NCBI GenBank assembly: GCA_965205015.1
Contig: OZ242029.1
Coordinates: 2,528,001 to 2,592,000, forward strand
DNA: 64,000 nucleotides
From: Candidatus Poribacteria bacterium
GTDB taxonomy: Bacteria > Poribacteria > WGA-4E > WGA-3G
Reading direction: 5' to 3'
Shown one piece after another: positions 1 through 11,492 of the stretch. The first letter of the stretch is position 1; each line of letters starts with the position of its first letter. Both the position numbers and the translations under genes were made by a program. The notes under the pieces are model-generated. The model did no database searches and was not told where the DNA came from. It worked only from the letters and a program-made list of their open reading frames with translations.

Positions 1-477
1 GTGCTACTTCCACAGGCGATGAAGGATCAGGGGGTTCCCTATACACCGAGTTGGAACAGGGTTGATCCGTTACCCGGTCAGGTCGCTATTCGGCTCAAGC
101 CGGGAGAGGCACTCATCCGCAATGGCAACAACATCCATACGGGACACACCGTGCCTGAGCGCGAGCGGAACACATTGTCGATCGGCTGGTCGAAATGGTC
201 GGGCGAATTCACCGGTGAGCCTTCAGTCGCGGACGCACGAAACGCTTGGCAACTCGATCCTGCTGTCCGAGACGCTTTGCCGCACGAGTTTATGAAGACG
301 GCGTGGGACCGGTGGGCAGAAACCCAGAAACTCGGAGACACGCTTGAGGACAGGTACGCCGGATTTGACGTCAGGCAGATTAAGTCTGGAAAAGTCGTTG
401 GGTGGCAGACTGAATTGGAACGTCAAGCCGCAGCAGCAGGCGACGCGTGGGAAGCCTTCCAAACCGCTGCATCATAA
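1..477 (+). CDS. C-terminal part of a PhyH-like (phytanoyl-CoA dioxygenase-type) protein, 5' truncated by window edge
   Basis: LKPGEALIRNGNNIHTG resembles the distal His strand of Fe/2OG dioxygenases; ORF runs off the window start. Confidence 0.55.
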   Translation: MLLPQAMKDQGVPYTPSWNRVDPLPGQVAIRLKPGEALIRNGNNIHTGHTVPERERNTLSIGWSKWSGEFTGEPSVADARNAWQLDPAVRDALPHEFMKTAWDRWAETQKLGDTLEDRYAGFDVRQIKSGKVVGWQTELERQAAAAGDAWEAFQTAAS

Positions 478-754
478 TTAGACAGGAGCCAACCGTATTG
501 CCTAAAAAATTAGCAAGCGACAATAGGGGTATAACCTGTGTTCTCATCTCCGTACAACGTCCGAAGTGGGGTGGCTTACGCATGCGTTGAGACAGGTTAT
601 CATTCTTCCGTATACATTGACCTTGGCATAAGTATTGCATCATGCCTGAGTATAGGGCTTACGCAATCTGCAAACCGTAACCCATAGTATCTTTGCATCC
701 TCGCTGCGGAATCACTGTATTCTTGACAGTACGAGATAGAGGAGGTTCATCGCG

Positions 755-2197
755 ATGGCAGGATTTGATGGATATAATACTGATGGATTTTATGATGAGA
801 TGTTTACGGCTGATGGAAGTGCCCGTCCCGCGGTTCAGATGTTGGTAGAACGCATTGAAGGTTTTCCGGAAGGCGAGTTAGCGCGTCGTCACATTGCCGC
901 TGAACATGCTTTGCTGCGAATGGGCATAACCTTCAATGTCTATGCGGACGAACAGGGCATCGAAAAGATTTTTCCGTTCGACCTGATCCCGCGAATCATC
1001 GATGCGAGTGAATGGAACTGGATAGAGCGCGGGCTCAAACAGCGCATCCACGCGCTGAATCTATTCATTGACGACGTTTACCACGATCAGAAGATCCTCA
1101 AAGATGGCGTTGTCCCGGCAGATGTCGTGCTTTCATCGGAACGGTATCTGCAGCAATGCATCGGCTTGGATCCGCCGCGCGGTGTTTGGTGTCACATCAC
1201 TGGGACGGATTTGGTTCGCGATGGCGATGGGCAGATTTATGTCTTGGAAGATAATCTCGGGTGTCCGTCAGGGGTTTCCTACGTCGTGGAGAACCGACAG
1301 TTAATGAAACGGACCTTCCCGCAGCTTTTTGGGATGTCGCAGATTCAACCCGTGGAGGATTACCCGAGCCAACTTCTGAATATGCTTCGGTACCTTGTGA
1401 CTGACAAGGTACTGACCCCTGAAGTGGCTGTGCTGACGCCTGGCATTTACAACTCCGCCTACTTTGAACACTCTTTCTTGGCACAGCAGATGGGTGTCGA
1501 ATTGGTTGAGGGGCGCGATCTTGTCGTGATGGACGGATTTGTGCACATGCGAACAACGAAAGGTTTTGAGCGTGTTGATGTCATCTATCGCCGTATTAAC
1601 GACGATTTCCTTGACCCAACGGTGCTTAATCCTGAATCAATGCTGGGTGTTCCAGGCTTGATGGAGGTTTACAAAGCGGGACGGGTCGCTTTGGTCAATG
1701 CCCCCGGGACTTGTGTCGCCGATGACAAAGTCGTCTGTTCGTTTGTGCCACAGATTATCAAGTATTATCTCGGCGAAGATATTATCGTTCCAAATGTTCC
1801 GACCTATATGTGTTGGGAAGATACGGATCGAAAATACGTTTTGGAGCATCTCGATGAACTCGTTGTCAAAGAAGCAAATCAGTCGGGTGGTTATGGGATG
1901 TTGATCGGTCCGCATTCAACCAAGGCAGCGTGTGAGGAATTTGCCCGCCGCATCAAAGAGAACCCACGCAACTACATTGCGCAACCGACGCTCTCGCTTT
2001 CACGGGTGCCTGTGTTGATTAACGACCATTTTGAAGGACGACACGTTGACTTGCGTCCGTTCATCCTTTACGGCGAAGATATCTATGTGCTTCCGGGTGG
2101 ATTAACACGGGTCGCCCTCAAGAAAGGCTCACTGGTCGTCAATTCGTCCCAAGGTGGTGGTAGCAAGGATACTTGGGTCTTATCGAACTCGGCGTAG
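755..2197 (+). CDS. Circularly permuted type 2 ATP-grasp protein
   Basis: FPFDLIPRII, GTDLVRD, LTPGIYNSAYFEH, RHVDLRPF, VVNSSQGGGSKDTWV motifs; AGGAGG RBS upstream. Confidence 0.92.
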   Translation: MAGFDGYNTDGFYDEMFTADGSARPAVQMLVERIEGFPEGELARRHIAAEHALLRMGITFNVYADEQGIEKIFPFDLIPRIIDASEWNWIERGLKQRIHALNLFIDDVYHDQKILKDGVVPADVVLSSERYLQQCIGLDPPRGVWCHITGTDLVRDGDGQIYVLEDNLGCPSGVSYVVENRQLMKRTFPQLFGMSQIQPVEDYPSQLLNMLRYLVTDKVLTPEVAVLTPGIYNSAYFEHSFLAQQMGVELVEGRDLVVMDGFVHMRTTKGFERVDVIYRRINDDFLDPTVLNPESMLGVPGLMEVYKAGRVALVNAPGTCVADDKVVCSFVPQIIKYYLGEDIIVPNVPTYMCWEDTDRKYVLEHLDELVVKEANQSGGYGMLIGPHSTKAACEEFARRIKENPRNYIAQPTLSLSRVPVLINDHFEGRHVDLRPFILYGEDIYVLPGGLTRVALKKGSLVVNSSQGGGSKDTWVLSNSA

Positions 2198-2206
2198 GAG
2201 GATGTC

Positions 2207-3175
2207 ATGCTAAGTCGCGTTGCGGAATCAATTTACTGGATGAGTCGCTACATTGAACGTGCCGAAAATGTTGCGCGTTTTGTAGATGTCAACCTCCACC
2301 TCATTCTCGACCTACCGGTCGGTGTACAGGCACAGTGGGAACCCTTGGTAGCCACGACAGGTGATGATGAAGTATTCGCTGAACGCTACGGTGAAGCATC
2401 ACGCGAAGCGGTGATTCGGTTTTTAGCATTTGACACTGAAAATCCGAATTCAATTGTCTCTTGTCTGCGGGCTGGACGTGAAAATGCCCGATCGGTCCGT
2501 GAAAATATCTCGTCAGAGATGTGGGAACAGTTAAATGATGCCTACTTATTGGTGACAAACACCTCCGAACAGTGGGCGATGGCGGAGCCTCATGAATTCT
2601 TTAGAGACATCAAACTTGCATCACATCTCTTCATGGGACTCACAGATAATGTGATGTCCCATAGCGAAGCGTGGCACTTCTGTCAGTTGGGGCGTTTGAT
2701 TGAGCGTGCCGACAAGACATCAAGAATCGTAGATGTTAAATATTTTATTCTACTTCCATCCGTGTGGGATGTGGATACACCGTTTGATGATATTCAGTGG
2801 GGAGCATTGTTGCACTCTGCCAGTGGTTTTGAGATGTATCGTCGGACCTACGGGCTCATCTCCCCAAATGAAGTCGTCTCCTTTTTATTGCTGGATCGTG
2901 AGTTTCCGCGGTCGGTACTTTATTGTCTTTCCAAGGCTGAAGAATCATTGCATGCGATCTCCAGCACCCCGTTAGAAACCTTCTCCAACCCAGCGGAACA
3001 GCGGTTGGGGCAGCTGCGTGCTGAATTTGCGTATGCCCAAGTCAAACAGATTCTCAGGATGGGTTTGCACGAGTTTCTCGATGCCTTCCAAACGAAGCTG
3101 AACTTAGTCGGTGATGACATTCACAAGACCTTTTTTGCTTTGCGGCCCGTCAATGGAGAACCCGCGGAGGAATAG
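2207..3175 (+). CDS. Alpha-E domain protein (DUF403-like)
   Basis: MLSRVAESIYWMSRYIERAEN and GRLIERADKTSR; adjacent to CP-ATP-grasp gene. Confidence 0.92.
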   Translation: MLSRVAESIYWMSRYIERAENVARFVDVNLHLILDLPVGVQAQWEPLVATTGDDEVFAERYGEASREAVIRFLAFDTENPNSIVSCLRAGRENARSVRENISSEMWEQLNDAYLLVTNTSEQWAMAEPHEFFRDIKLASHLFMGLTDNVMSHSEAWHFCQLGRLIERADKTSRIVDVKYFILLPSVWDVDTPFDDIQWGALLHSASGFEMYRRTYGLISPNEVVSFLLLDREFPRSVLYCLSKAEESLHAISSTPLETFSNPAEQRLGQLRAEFAYAQVKQILRMGLHEFLDAFQTKLNLVGDDIHKTFFALRPVNGEPAEE

Positions 3176-5908
3176 TTGAAGGTGATAGACGATAATTATA
3201 ACATCCCTATAGAAGAGGTTCGTAACCTCGATTCTTTTAGTTTGCCTTATGGACGGACAGGCGACTTTCCGGGTGGACAGATCGATGAGATGCTGAACCG
3301 GGATGGACAGGTCAATCCGCATTGGCGCGCCTTCATGCAGGCACTCGACATCTTGGGACTCACAGAGATGGAATCTCGCGACGAAGAGGTAAAGCGGCTC
3401 CTCCGTGAAAATGGTGTTACTTACGTCTTACACGGGGAGCAACAGGGACACCGCCCGTGGGAACTTGATCCTATTCCATTTATCATTTCGAACACTGACT
3501 GGCAAACTATCTCTGATGGACTTATCCAGCGCGCCGAACTGCTGAACCTAATTTTGACCGATCTCTACGGGGAACGCACTTTAATCAAAGAGGGGGTAAT
3601 ACCCCCAGAAGTGGTTTATGCACATGCCGGATTTTTACGCGCCTGTGTTGGGCTTGCTCCGTGTGAATTCCCATTCCTTCTGAATTATGCCGCCGATTTA
3701 GCACGCGGACCGGATGGCAATATGTGGATACTCAGTGATCGGACACAGGCCCCCTCAGGGGCAGGTTATGCGCTTGAGAACCGCACTGTCCTCGCGCGAG
3801 CACTGCCGAATCTCTTTGGTGAAGTTGGTGTTCATCGACTCTCCTTTTTCTTCCGAGCACTCCAGAACAGTGTAGCAGATCTGCAATATCAACTCGAAAG
3901 TGCCATCCGCATTGCCCCGAACCAGACAGAAAATCCACACGTCGTTGTACTCACCCCTGGGCCCCTCAACGAAACTTACTTTGAGCATGCCTATCTCGCG
4001 AATTACCTCGGTTATACTTTAGTCCAAGGTGACGATTTGACGGTGTGGGATGGGCGTGTTTGGCTAAAATCGATTGATGGTCTACGTCCTGTTGATATTA
4101 TTCTGCGTCGGGTAGACGACATCTTCTGCGATCCATTGGAACTCCGACAAGATTCGCGCCTTGGCGTTGCAGGCTTGTTGGAGGCAATTCGGCAGGGAAA
4201 CGTGATCGTGATAAACCCACCCGGCAGCGGTGTTTTGGAAAATCCGGGCTTGATACCGTTCCTACCGAGTATCGCAAAACGGTTGATGGGCGAAGACCTC
4301 CGTCTTCCCTCTGCTGCAACGTGGTGGTGTGGGCAACCGAAGGAGCGAGAATATGTATTGGCAAATCTTGAGACGCTGGTTATTAAAGCTATTCATCGTC
4401 AACCGGGCGATCAACCTCTGTTTGGGACCCAATTGAGCAAGGCAGAACGTGACGCGCTCCGCATCCAGATCAATGCTAATCCATACTTATACGTGGGACA
4501 GGAACAGATTCACCTATCGACAACACCCTCGCTGATTGAAGGAAGACTTGAACCCCGCCGTGCAATCCTGCGTTGTTTTCTATTTGCTGAGAAAGAGGGA
4601 TACGCCGTGATGCCGGGGGCACTCACGCGTTGTGCGGGAGAGAGAGACGAGGTAACGATCTCGATCCAAGATGGTGGTGTTAGCAAAGACACTTGGGTGC
4701 TCGCTTCAGAACCTGAACCACATGTGAGTTTATGGCAGCGGCGTATCACCGAGGTGCGGGGTCCTGCTTCTACGAATCCTGCTGGATTGTCGAGTCGGTC
4801 GGCTGAAAACCTATTCTGGGTCGGTCGCTATGCGGAACGCGCCGAGGGGCAAGCGCGGCTCCTCCGAATTATGTTGGATAAAGTTAAGATGAGTAAAATG
4901 GGTTTGGAGACTTCGACTTTAGGCGAGGTGCCACCGTCCACTGTTTTCACAGAGATCGTTGGCGAAGATGCGAGAAAGGTTTCTGAACTTGCGTACCTCC
5001 GTAGTATGCTCCATTCTCTCACGGGTTTGCGGTCATCTCACCCGGGTTTTGTCAGTAAGGACGAACAATCATTGGAAAGCGATCTCCTTTCTATCATGCG
5101 GGATACAGAAAACAGTGGGAGCCTGGTGTCAACACTTCAGGCGCTCCTCAGCGCGGCGTATGCTGTCCGGGATCGCTGGTCTACCGATACGTGGCGTGTG
5201 ATGAACAATATTGAGGATTTATGTGCTACACTTGATAGGAATATGCCCGAAGAAAGTGGCACAGATGCACAGGTACTAACGAATTTTATTTTACAAGACA
5301 CAGAATTGGCTGCACTTGACCAACTCGTGATTTTTCTTTCTGCATTAAGCGGACTTAATGCAGAGAGCATGACGCGAACGATCGGTTGGATTAGTTTGGA
5401 TATAGGGCGGCGTATTGAGCGCGCCCTGCTTCTGATTGTGCTTTGTCGTTCAAGTCTCGTCGCGGTGCAAGATGAATGGATCGAACGCCTCCTGCTTGAA
5501 TCTGTTCTCGCTGCGGCTGAAAGTCTGATCACTTACCGCAGCCGCTATCGTGCGGCACTTCACTTTCCAACTGCTCTTGAATTGCTACTTCTCGATGAAC
5601 ACAATCCACGCTCACTTCTATATCAATTGAAACGACTGGAGGAACAAATCCAAGTGCTTCCGAGAGAGAAACTCGGCTATCGGCTCAGCGAAGAAGAACA
5701 ACTCATTTTGGAGGCACTCACGCAGTTGCAACTCTCCGATACAGTGGACCTCTCAGAACGTTCAGAGCATACGACACAACGGAGGGGATTAGAAAAACTC
5801 TTGGTTCGGCTTGCCCAAATACTAATTGCTATTTCCGATGTCCTGACGCAGACGTATTTCAGTCACGTCCAAGGACCTCAGCAGCTTATTACCACGAATA
5901 ACCCGTAG
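3176..5908 (+). CDS. Fused CP-ATP-grasp + alpha-E protein
   Basis: N-half has LTPGPLNETYFEH and GGVSKDTWV; C-half has SRSAENLFWVGRYAERAE and GRRIERA. Confidence 0.9.
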   Translation: MKVIDDNYNIPIEEVRNLDSFSLPYGRTGDFPGGQIDEMLNRDGQVNPHWRAFMQALDILGLTEMESRDEEVKRLLRENGVTYVLHGEQQGHRPWELDPIPFIISNTDWQTISDGLIQRAELLNLILTDLYGERTLIKEGVIPPEVVYAHAGFLRACVGLAPCEFPFLLNYAADLARGPDGNMWILSDRTQAPSGAGYALENRTVLARALPNLFGEVGVHRLSFFFRALQNSVADLQYQLESAIRIAPNQTENPHVVVLTPGPLNETYFEHAYLANYLGYTLVQGDDLTVWDGRVWLKSIDGLRPVDIILRRVDDIFCDPLELRQDSRLGVAGLLEAIRQGNVIVINPPGSGVLENPGLIPFLPSIAKRLMGEDLRLPSAATWWCGQPKEREYVLANLETLVIKAIHRQPGDQPLFGTQLSKAERDALRIQINANPYLYVGQEQIHLSTTPSLIEGRLEPRRAILRCFLFAEKEGYAVMPGALTRCAGERDEVTISIQDGGVSKDTWVLASEPEPHVSLWQRRITEVRGPASTNPAGLSSRSAENLFWVGRYAERAEGQARLLRIMLDKVKMSKMGLETSTLGEVPPSTVFTEIVGEDARKVSELAYLRSMLHSLTGLRSSHPGFVSKDEQSLESDLLSIMRDTENSGSLVSTLQALLSAAYAVRDRWSTDTWRVMNNIEDLCATLDRNMPEESGTDAQVLTNFILQDTELAALDQLVIFLSALSGLNAESMTRTIGWISLDIGRRIERALLLIVLCRSSLVAVQDEWIERLLLESVLAAAESLITYRSRYRAALHFPTALELLLLDEHNPRSLLYQLKRLEEQIQVLPREKLGYRLSEEEQLILEALTQLQLSDTVDLSERSEHTTQRRGLEKLLVRLAQILIAISDVLTQTYFSHVQGPQQLITTNNP

Positions 5909-5951
5909 CGGGATACCTCGTGTTCTGTTTCTCCAATATTGGATTATTGTC

Positions 5952-6833
5952 ATGAATTATAGGATTATTCACAAGACTGAATACAGTTACAGCGGCTCCG
6001 TGAACCTCTGTTACAACGAAGCGCGCTTGACACCTCGAAGTTTTGTGCATCAACACTGTAGCGACAGTCAATTCGTTGTCGATCCCGAACCTGGCGTGTG
6101 CCGAGAACGTCAGGATTTCTTCGGAAATACCGTCTACTATTTCACAATCCAGCAGCCCCATCGGGAACTCACCGTTACAGTTACGAGTCATGTACAAGTC
6201 AGAGGCAGAGAGATGCAATTGGATTTCGCCGAACATTTGGCGTGGGAGGAAGTCCGTCAGCGCATACAAACAGATATGGATCCAGAGGTTCTGGAGTTGC
6301 GGCAGTACGTTCTCGACTCCTCTATGATTCCGACGATACCTGAACTCCGGACGTATGCTGAGAAGTCATTTCCCAAAAATCGACCCCTGCTGGAAGCGGT
6401 TGAAGCGTTAACCGCTCGTCTCTACACCGACTTTACGTATGACCCAAATTTCACGACAGTCGCGACACCGTTGGCGGATGTGATACAGCACCGCCGAGGG
6501 GTTTGTCAAGACTTCGCGCATCTCGGTATTGGCTGTCTACGGTCGTTGGGGCTTGCTGCGCGGTATGTCAGCGGGTATATCGAAACCGACCCACCACCCG
6601 GCCAGGAACCTTTAGAGGGTGCCGATGCTTCCCATGCATGGTTTTCGGTCTATCTCCCACAACTCGGTTGGGTGGATTTCGATCCGACAAATAATCAGAT
6701 ACCCGCAGATCAGCATATCACAGTCGCGTGGGGACGAGATTACTCGGATGTAACGCCATTGAAGGGCGTTATTTTTGGAAGTGGTACACACGCATTATCT
6801 GTTTCGGTGGATTGCCAACGGGAAAATTTTTAA
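5952..6833 (+). CDS. Transglutaminase-like protein
   Basis: GVCQDFAH, ARYVSGY, ASHAW, DFDPTN catalytic Cys-His-Asp motifs. Confidence 0.92.
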   Translation: MNYRIIHKTEYSYSGSVNLCYNEARLTPRSFVHQHCSDSQFVVDPEPGVCRERQDFFGNTVYYFTIQQPHRELTVTVTSHVQVRGREMQLDFAEHLAWEEVRQRIQTDMDPEVLELRQYVLDSSMIPTIPELRTYAEKSFPKNRPLLEAVEALTARLYTDFTYDPNFTTVATPLADVIQHRRGVCQDFAHLGIGCLRSLGLAARYVSGYIETDPPPGQEPLEGADASHAWFSVYLPQLGWVDFDPTNNQIPADQHITVAWGRDYSDVTPLKGVIFGSGTHALSVSVDCQRENF

Positions 6834-6932
6834 TGAAAGGGGTGGTTTAATGACGGTTTTCGCGCAAGAGTCGTCTATGCCTGCTTCGCTGTGGGAATAT
6901 AGGGACTCGCGATTTTCTCAGTTAAAATAGCG

Positions 6933-7021
6933 CGTAGCTTGGAACGAAGTGGAAAGCGGATCTACGGAGAAGGACGTGCAAACCTCCGATCACCTAACCG
7001 ACCGCAAGGAAAATTAAAAAA
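6933..7021 (+). repeat. Dispersed ~90-bp repeat (GTAGC...CCGCAAGG tail), copy A
   Basis: Aligns with 15806-15897 and with 41890-41978 on the minus strand. Confidence 0.75.
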
Positions 7022-7306
7022 ATGACAATTGAAGCGTTTCAGAAACAGATTGAAGATATCTACTACACCCGCGATGCTGAGCGTGGCGTGCCGCTAACCT
7101 TCACATGGTTTGTTGAAGAGGTAGGCGAGTTGGCGAAAGAGATCCGCAAACAGCCACAGGACATGACGAGACTCCGCGAGGAATTCGCTGATGTTTTCGC
7201 GTGGCTCGCGACCTTAGCAAGCCTGTTCGGTATCTCCCTTGAGGATGCCGCGAAAATCTACGCAGCGGGCTGTCCAAAGTGCAGCGAAACGCCTTGTCGA
7301 TGTTAG
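7022..7306 (+). CDS. MazG-like nucleotide pyrophosphohydrolase
   Basis: EEVGELAKE...EEFADV motif, 94 aa, C-terminal CxxC. Confidence 0.85.
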   Translation: MTIEAFQKQIEDIYYTRDAERGVPLTFTWFVEEVGELAKEIRKQPQDMTRLREEFADVFAWLATLASLFGISLEDAAKIYAAGCPKCSETPCRC

Positions 7307-7319
7307 CCCGTGGCCGAGT

Positions 7320-8600
7320 TTAGTTCCCGTTCAGAAACTGATCAAAGTTGCCGCCGAATAGGTTATTGACATCCCTTTGAATCTCCGCTGAAGTCAAGGT
7401 CCATCCGACATCAAGAAGCGTCTGGTATTTCTCTACCAGGACCTCTGCAATAATTTGGCGTGAATGTTTCCACTTGTAGAGGAGCTGATCCAAAATTCGC
7501 GCATCGGAGTGTTGCGGGATAACGCTCAAACCGAGCAGTTCAATCCGCTCTCGTGTGATTTCCTCAATGACACTCGGATTGTTCATAAACCACCAACATC
7601 CGAATATCATGAGATTTTTGAATTTCCGTCCGATCACACATAACTCGTGCTGATTTTCACGCGACAGGAGTGTAACGAGAAACTTGTTGTCAGGGTTTTC
7701 ACGGAGTAGTGTTTCCAGACTTGTCAAGTCCGCCTTTCCACTGCCATCGCCTGCCATCTGAAGTTGTGGATTCACCGCACGCTTCACGCCGATCATGAGT
7801 GCGAAGGGAACGTTAAATTCACGGGAGATCGGTAGTATACAGTTATCAAACAAGCGTCCGAGAACACCGTAATCGGGGTATTGGAAATCGGGTGGGAGAG
7901 AGACCGCCATGTACTTTGGATTCATCCGCTGAATCCATGTCTCTAAAAATCGGCGGACCTCTTTGTAGGTTTTCTCCATTGATAGACTCGGATCGACGTC
8001 GTAGCCGAGACGGCGGAGGTGTTCGTAACCGACTTCTTCATAGGTGTTGATGAGGACATCCATTCGGAGAGCCGCTTCAAAGCGTGTGTCACCGAGGTCG
8101 CCGGATTGCCATACGGGTGCCTCTGCCGAATCGAACGGATCGTTCGTCATCACCACTTTAGCGACTTTGGCGCGTTCAAAAACGGTGTCGATAAAAGCAT
8201 CGACGGTCGTATCCGCGAAATAGTCTCGGTAGTCCTGTAGGTTTCGCGAATCTACATCCAAGCCTAACGTGTCTAAGGTCGTCACGACACCGCGGCATGC
8301 CTCGCTCAGCGGTGAATTTTCGATAAACAGCGTCTGCCAAATCAGTTCCGCTTGTTCCGCCTTTGACATCGCCCAGAATTGCTGGTATGAGACATCAGAT
8401 TTGCGGAATACTTCAGCGATGAGATAGTGATAAGTGAGCAGTTCATCAATACCCCACAGCAACAACTCACCGAATGGTGGACTAAAGAGGTGTGTGTGAA
8501 TATCTGTGACACTTTGTGTGTCCACGGCATCTAAAACGGCGGTTTTCAATTCATCTGCGGTTTTAATTTTTTGTGCGTGGTTTGATTCAGGAACGTTCAT
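7320..8600 (-). CDS. uxaC: Glucuronate (uronate) isomerase, amidohydrolase superfamily
   Basis: DIHTH metal motif, MTNDPFD, FGCWWF, PQHSDAR; start chosen at ATG 8600. Confidence 0.8.
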   Translation of the reverse strand: MNVPESNHAQKIKTADELKTAVLDAVDTQSVTDIHTHLFSPPFGELLLWGIDELLTYHYLIAEVFRKSDVSYQQFWAMSKAEQAELIWQTLFIENSPLSEACRGVVTTLDTLGLDVDSRNLQDYRDYFADTTVDAFIDTVFERAKVAKVVMTNDPFDSAEAPVWQSGDLGDTRFEAALRMDVLINTYEEVGYEHLRRLGYDVDPSLSMEKTYKEVRRFLETWIQRMNPKYMAVSLPPDFQYPDYGVLGRLFDNCILPISREFNVPFALMIGVKRAVNPQLQMAGDGSGKADLTSLETLLRENPDNKFLVTLLSRENQHELCVIGRKFKNLMIFGCWWFMNNPSVIEEITRERIELLGLSVIPQHSDARILDQLLYKWKHSRQIIAEVLVEKYQTLLDVGWTLTSAEIQRDVNNLFGGNFDQFLNGN

Positions 8601-8660
8601 CGTGATCCTCTCTTGTAACAAAATCAGCTAAAAAAACGGACATTGACACCTTTGTGAAAT

Positions 8661-9170
8661 TTAGGAAGAAGATTCTGACGCAATCTTGCTGGTGATAAAA
8701 TTAACGACTTCCTCAGGGGAGTGTTTTCCGAATCGGACGTAAACACCACGGAAGTTTTCAAGGCGTGTCGGATGGGCGAATGGACTGAGCAATACGCCAT
8801 TCGCGTCAACGTAAAAACTGCGAAATGTTTCCCAGGATCGCTCTAATTTATAGCAGCAACTTGTGATGATAAGTTTATCTGCTTCACAGTGATGGTGAAA
8901 CGGGAGAAAATATTTGTAGAGCGACCCGAGTAGAAAAGTGGCGGATAGCAGGGCGATGTAAATTGATTGGAAACCCCAATAGATGCCGATGAAAAGAAGG
9001 GTTAGAAAAACCGCTAATAAGATGGACTTGCGCCAATTTTCAACGAGTGGATGGACTGTCCATGAAAGCTTAGGTGGAAGGGTGGAAGGGTGGAAGGATG
9101 GGTGTCCACTCTTCCCTTCTTCCCTTCTTCCATCCGAGCGTCTTCCATTCCAGCTACTATTCTGTCCCAT
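8661..9170 (-). CDS. Hypothetical membrane protein with repeat-derived N-terminus
   Basis: Two hydrophobic helices followed by a small soluble domain; ATG 9170 overlaps secG end; start uncertain. Confidence 0.6.
   Translation of the reverse strand: MGQNSSWNGRRSDGRREEGKSGHPSFHPSTLPPKLSWTVHPLVENWRKSILLAVFLTLLFIGIYWGFQSIYIALLSATFLLGSLYKYFLPFHHHCEADKLIITSCCYKLERSWETFRSFYVDANGVLLSPFAHPTRLENFRGVYVRFGKHSPEEVVNFITSKIASESSS
9073..9153. repeat. GGAAG/CTTCC purine-pyrimidine quasi-palindrome
   Basis: (GGTGGAAG)3 followed by CTTCC-rich arm; similar element at 22292-22373. Confidence 0.65.
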
Positions 9171-9567
9171 CGCTGTCGAGTTCTGTCTTTGATGCGTCGT
9201 CGGTAGCGGTTCCGCTGTCTCCATCTGTTGTTGTTTCAACGCTTCCTTCGTCTGTCGTGTCAACAGGTTCGGTCGTGGCTTCCTGTGTTGTTTCCTGCTC
9301 AAGCGGTGTGAGTTCACCCCCGCTATCTTCGCCATAGAAACGCATCAGGAACAGTGAAATAACCATGAACCCGATAGCAAGCCATGTCGTCAGTTTACTA
9401 AGAAAGGTCGCGGCCCCGCGCCCTCCGAGAACAGACTGCATTTCCGCGCCGCCAAATGCGCTTGATGAAAGCCCTTCACCCTTACTGTCCTGTAACAAAA
9501 TGATCAGCGTCAGAACGACGCAGACCGGCACGAAGAGAAACACTACGAAACCGATAATAATTTCCAT
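9157..9567 (-). CDS. secG: Preprotein translocase subunit SecG
   Basis: ILLQDSKGEGLSSSAFGG...FLSKLT, two TM helices, directly downstream of tpiA. Confidence 0.9.
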   Translation of the reverse strand: MEIIIGFVVFLFVPVCVVLTLIILLQDSKGEGLSSSAFGGAEMQSVLGGRGAATFLSKLTTWLAIGFMVISLFLMRFYGEDSGGELTPLEQETTQEATTEPVDTTDEGSVETTTDGDSGTATDDASKTELDSDGTE

Positions 9568-9581
9568 CTGATTCTTTCCTC

Positions 9582-10337
9582 CTATTTGGCGTTTTTCACG
9601 ATTTGTGCGAATGATTCCGCTTCGAGACTTGCACCGCCAACGAGTGCGCCGTCCACGTCAGGTTGCGCCATGAGTTCTGCTGCATTTTCCGGTTTAACGC
9701 TGCCACCGTATTGAATACAAATCTGCGACGCGACTTCTGCCGAATACGCCTTCGTTAGCAAACCTCGAATGAAGTTATGGACCTCCTGTGCTTGGGCAGG
9801 CGTGGCGGTTTTTCCGGTGCCGATTGCCCAAACCGGTTCATAAGCGATGACGCAGGCCGAAAGGTCATCAGCGGATAAGTCCGCAATGCCGCCCGTAACA
9901 TGGTTCTCAATCACCGTTTCTGTGTGTCCGGCTTCCCGTTCTGCGAGTTGCTCACCGACACAGATGATTGATTTTAAGTCGTGTGCTAACGCCGCTTTCA
10001 CCTTTTGGTTGACGCTGGCGTTCGTTTCGCCGAAGTATTGTCGTCGTTCCGAATGCCCGATAATGACGTAATCACACCCTGCATCTTTCAGCAGTGGCAC
10101 AGAGACTTCGCCGGTGAAGGCACCGCTGTCCTCCCAATAGACATCTTGGGCGGCAAGACGAATGTTGCTGCCCTTTATGGCATCGTTGACCGCCGAGAGC
10201 GCAGTAAATGGCGGCGCAACAATGACTTCAACGCCGGTGTTGTCCGCAACGAGTGACTTTAACGTCGTTGTGAGCGCGACCGCCTCTGAAATGGTTTTGT
10301 TTAGTTTCCAATTTCCCGCAATGATAGGTGTTCTCAT
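9582..10337 (-). CDS. tpiA: Triosephosphate isomerase
   Basis: [37 protein letters not shown]. Confidence 0.98.
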   Translation of the reverse strand: MRTPIIAGNWKLNKTISEAVALTTTLKSLVADNTGVEVIVAPPFTALSAVNDAIKGSNIRLAAQDVYWEDSGAFTGEVSVPLLKDAGCDYVIIGHSERRQYFGETNASVNQKVKAALAHDLKSIICVGEQLAEREAGHTETVIENHVTGGIADLSADDLSACVIAYEPVWAIGTGKTATPAQAQEVHNFIRGLLTKAYSAEVASQICIQYGGSVKPENAAELMAQPDVDGALVGGASLEAESFAQIVKNAK

Positions 10338-10348
10338 GATCTTTTCCA

Positions 10349-11395
<1,047 letters not shown>

Positions 11396-11492
11396 TCAAG
11401 TTTCACGATTTACGCCTTTTTAATTATACTCTAAAGTGCAGTAAATTGCAAGCGCGTTGTTAAAGTCCATAGCTGTTCTGAAGCAATTTGAC

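Noticed and set aside
570-670. Two GGCTTACGCA decamers upstream of the ATP-grasp cluster
   Set aside because: Direct orientation with no matching inverted end; too little evidence to call an element or operator.
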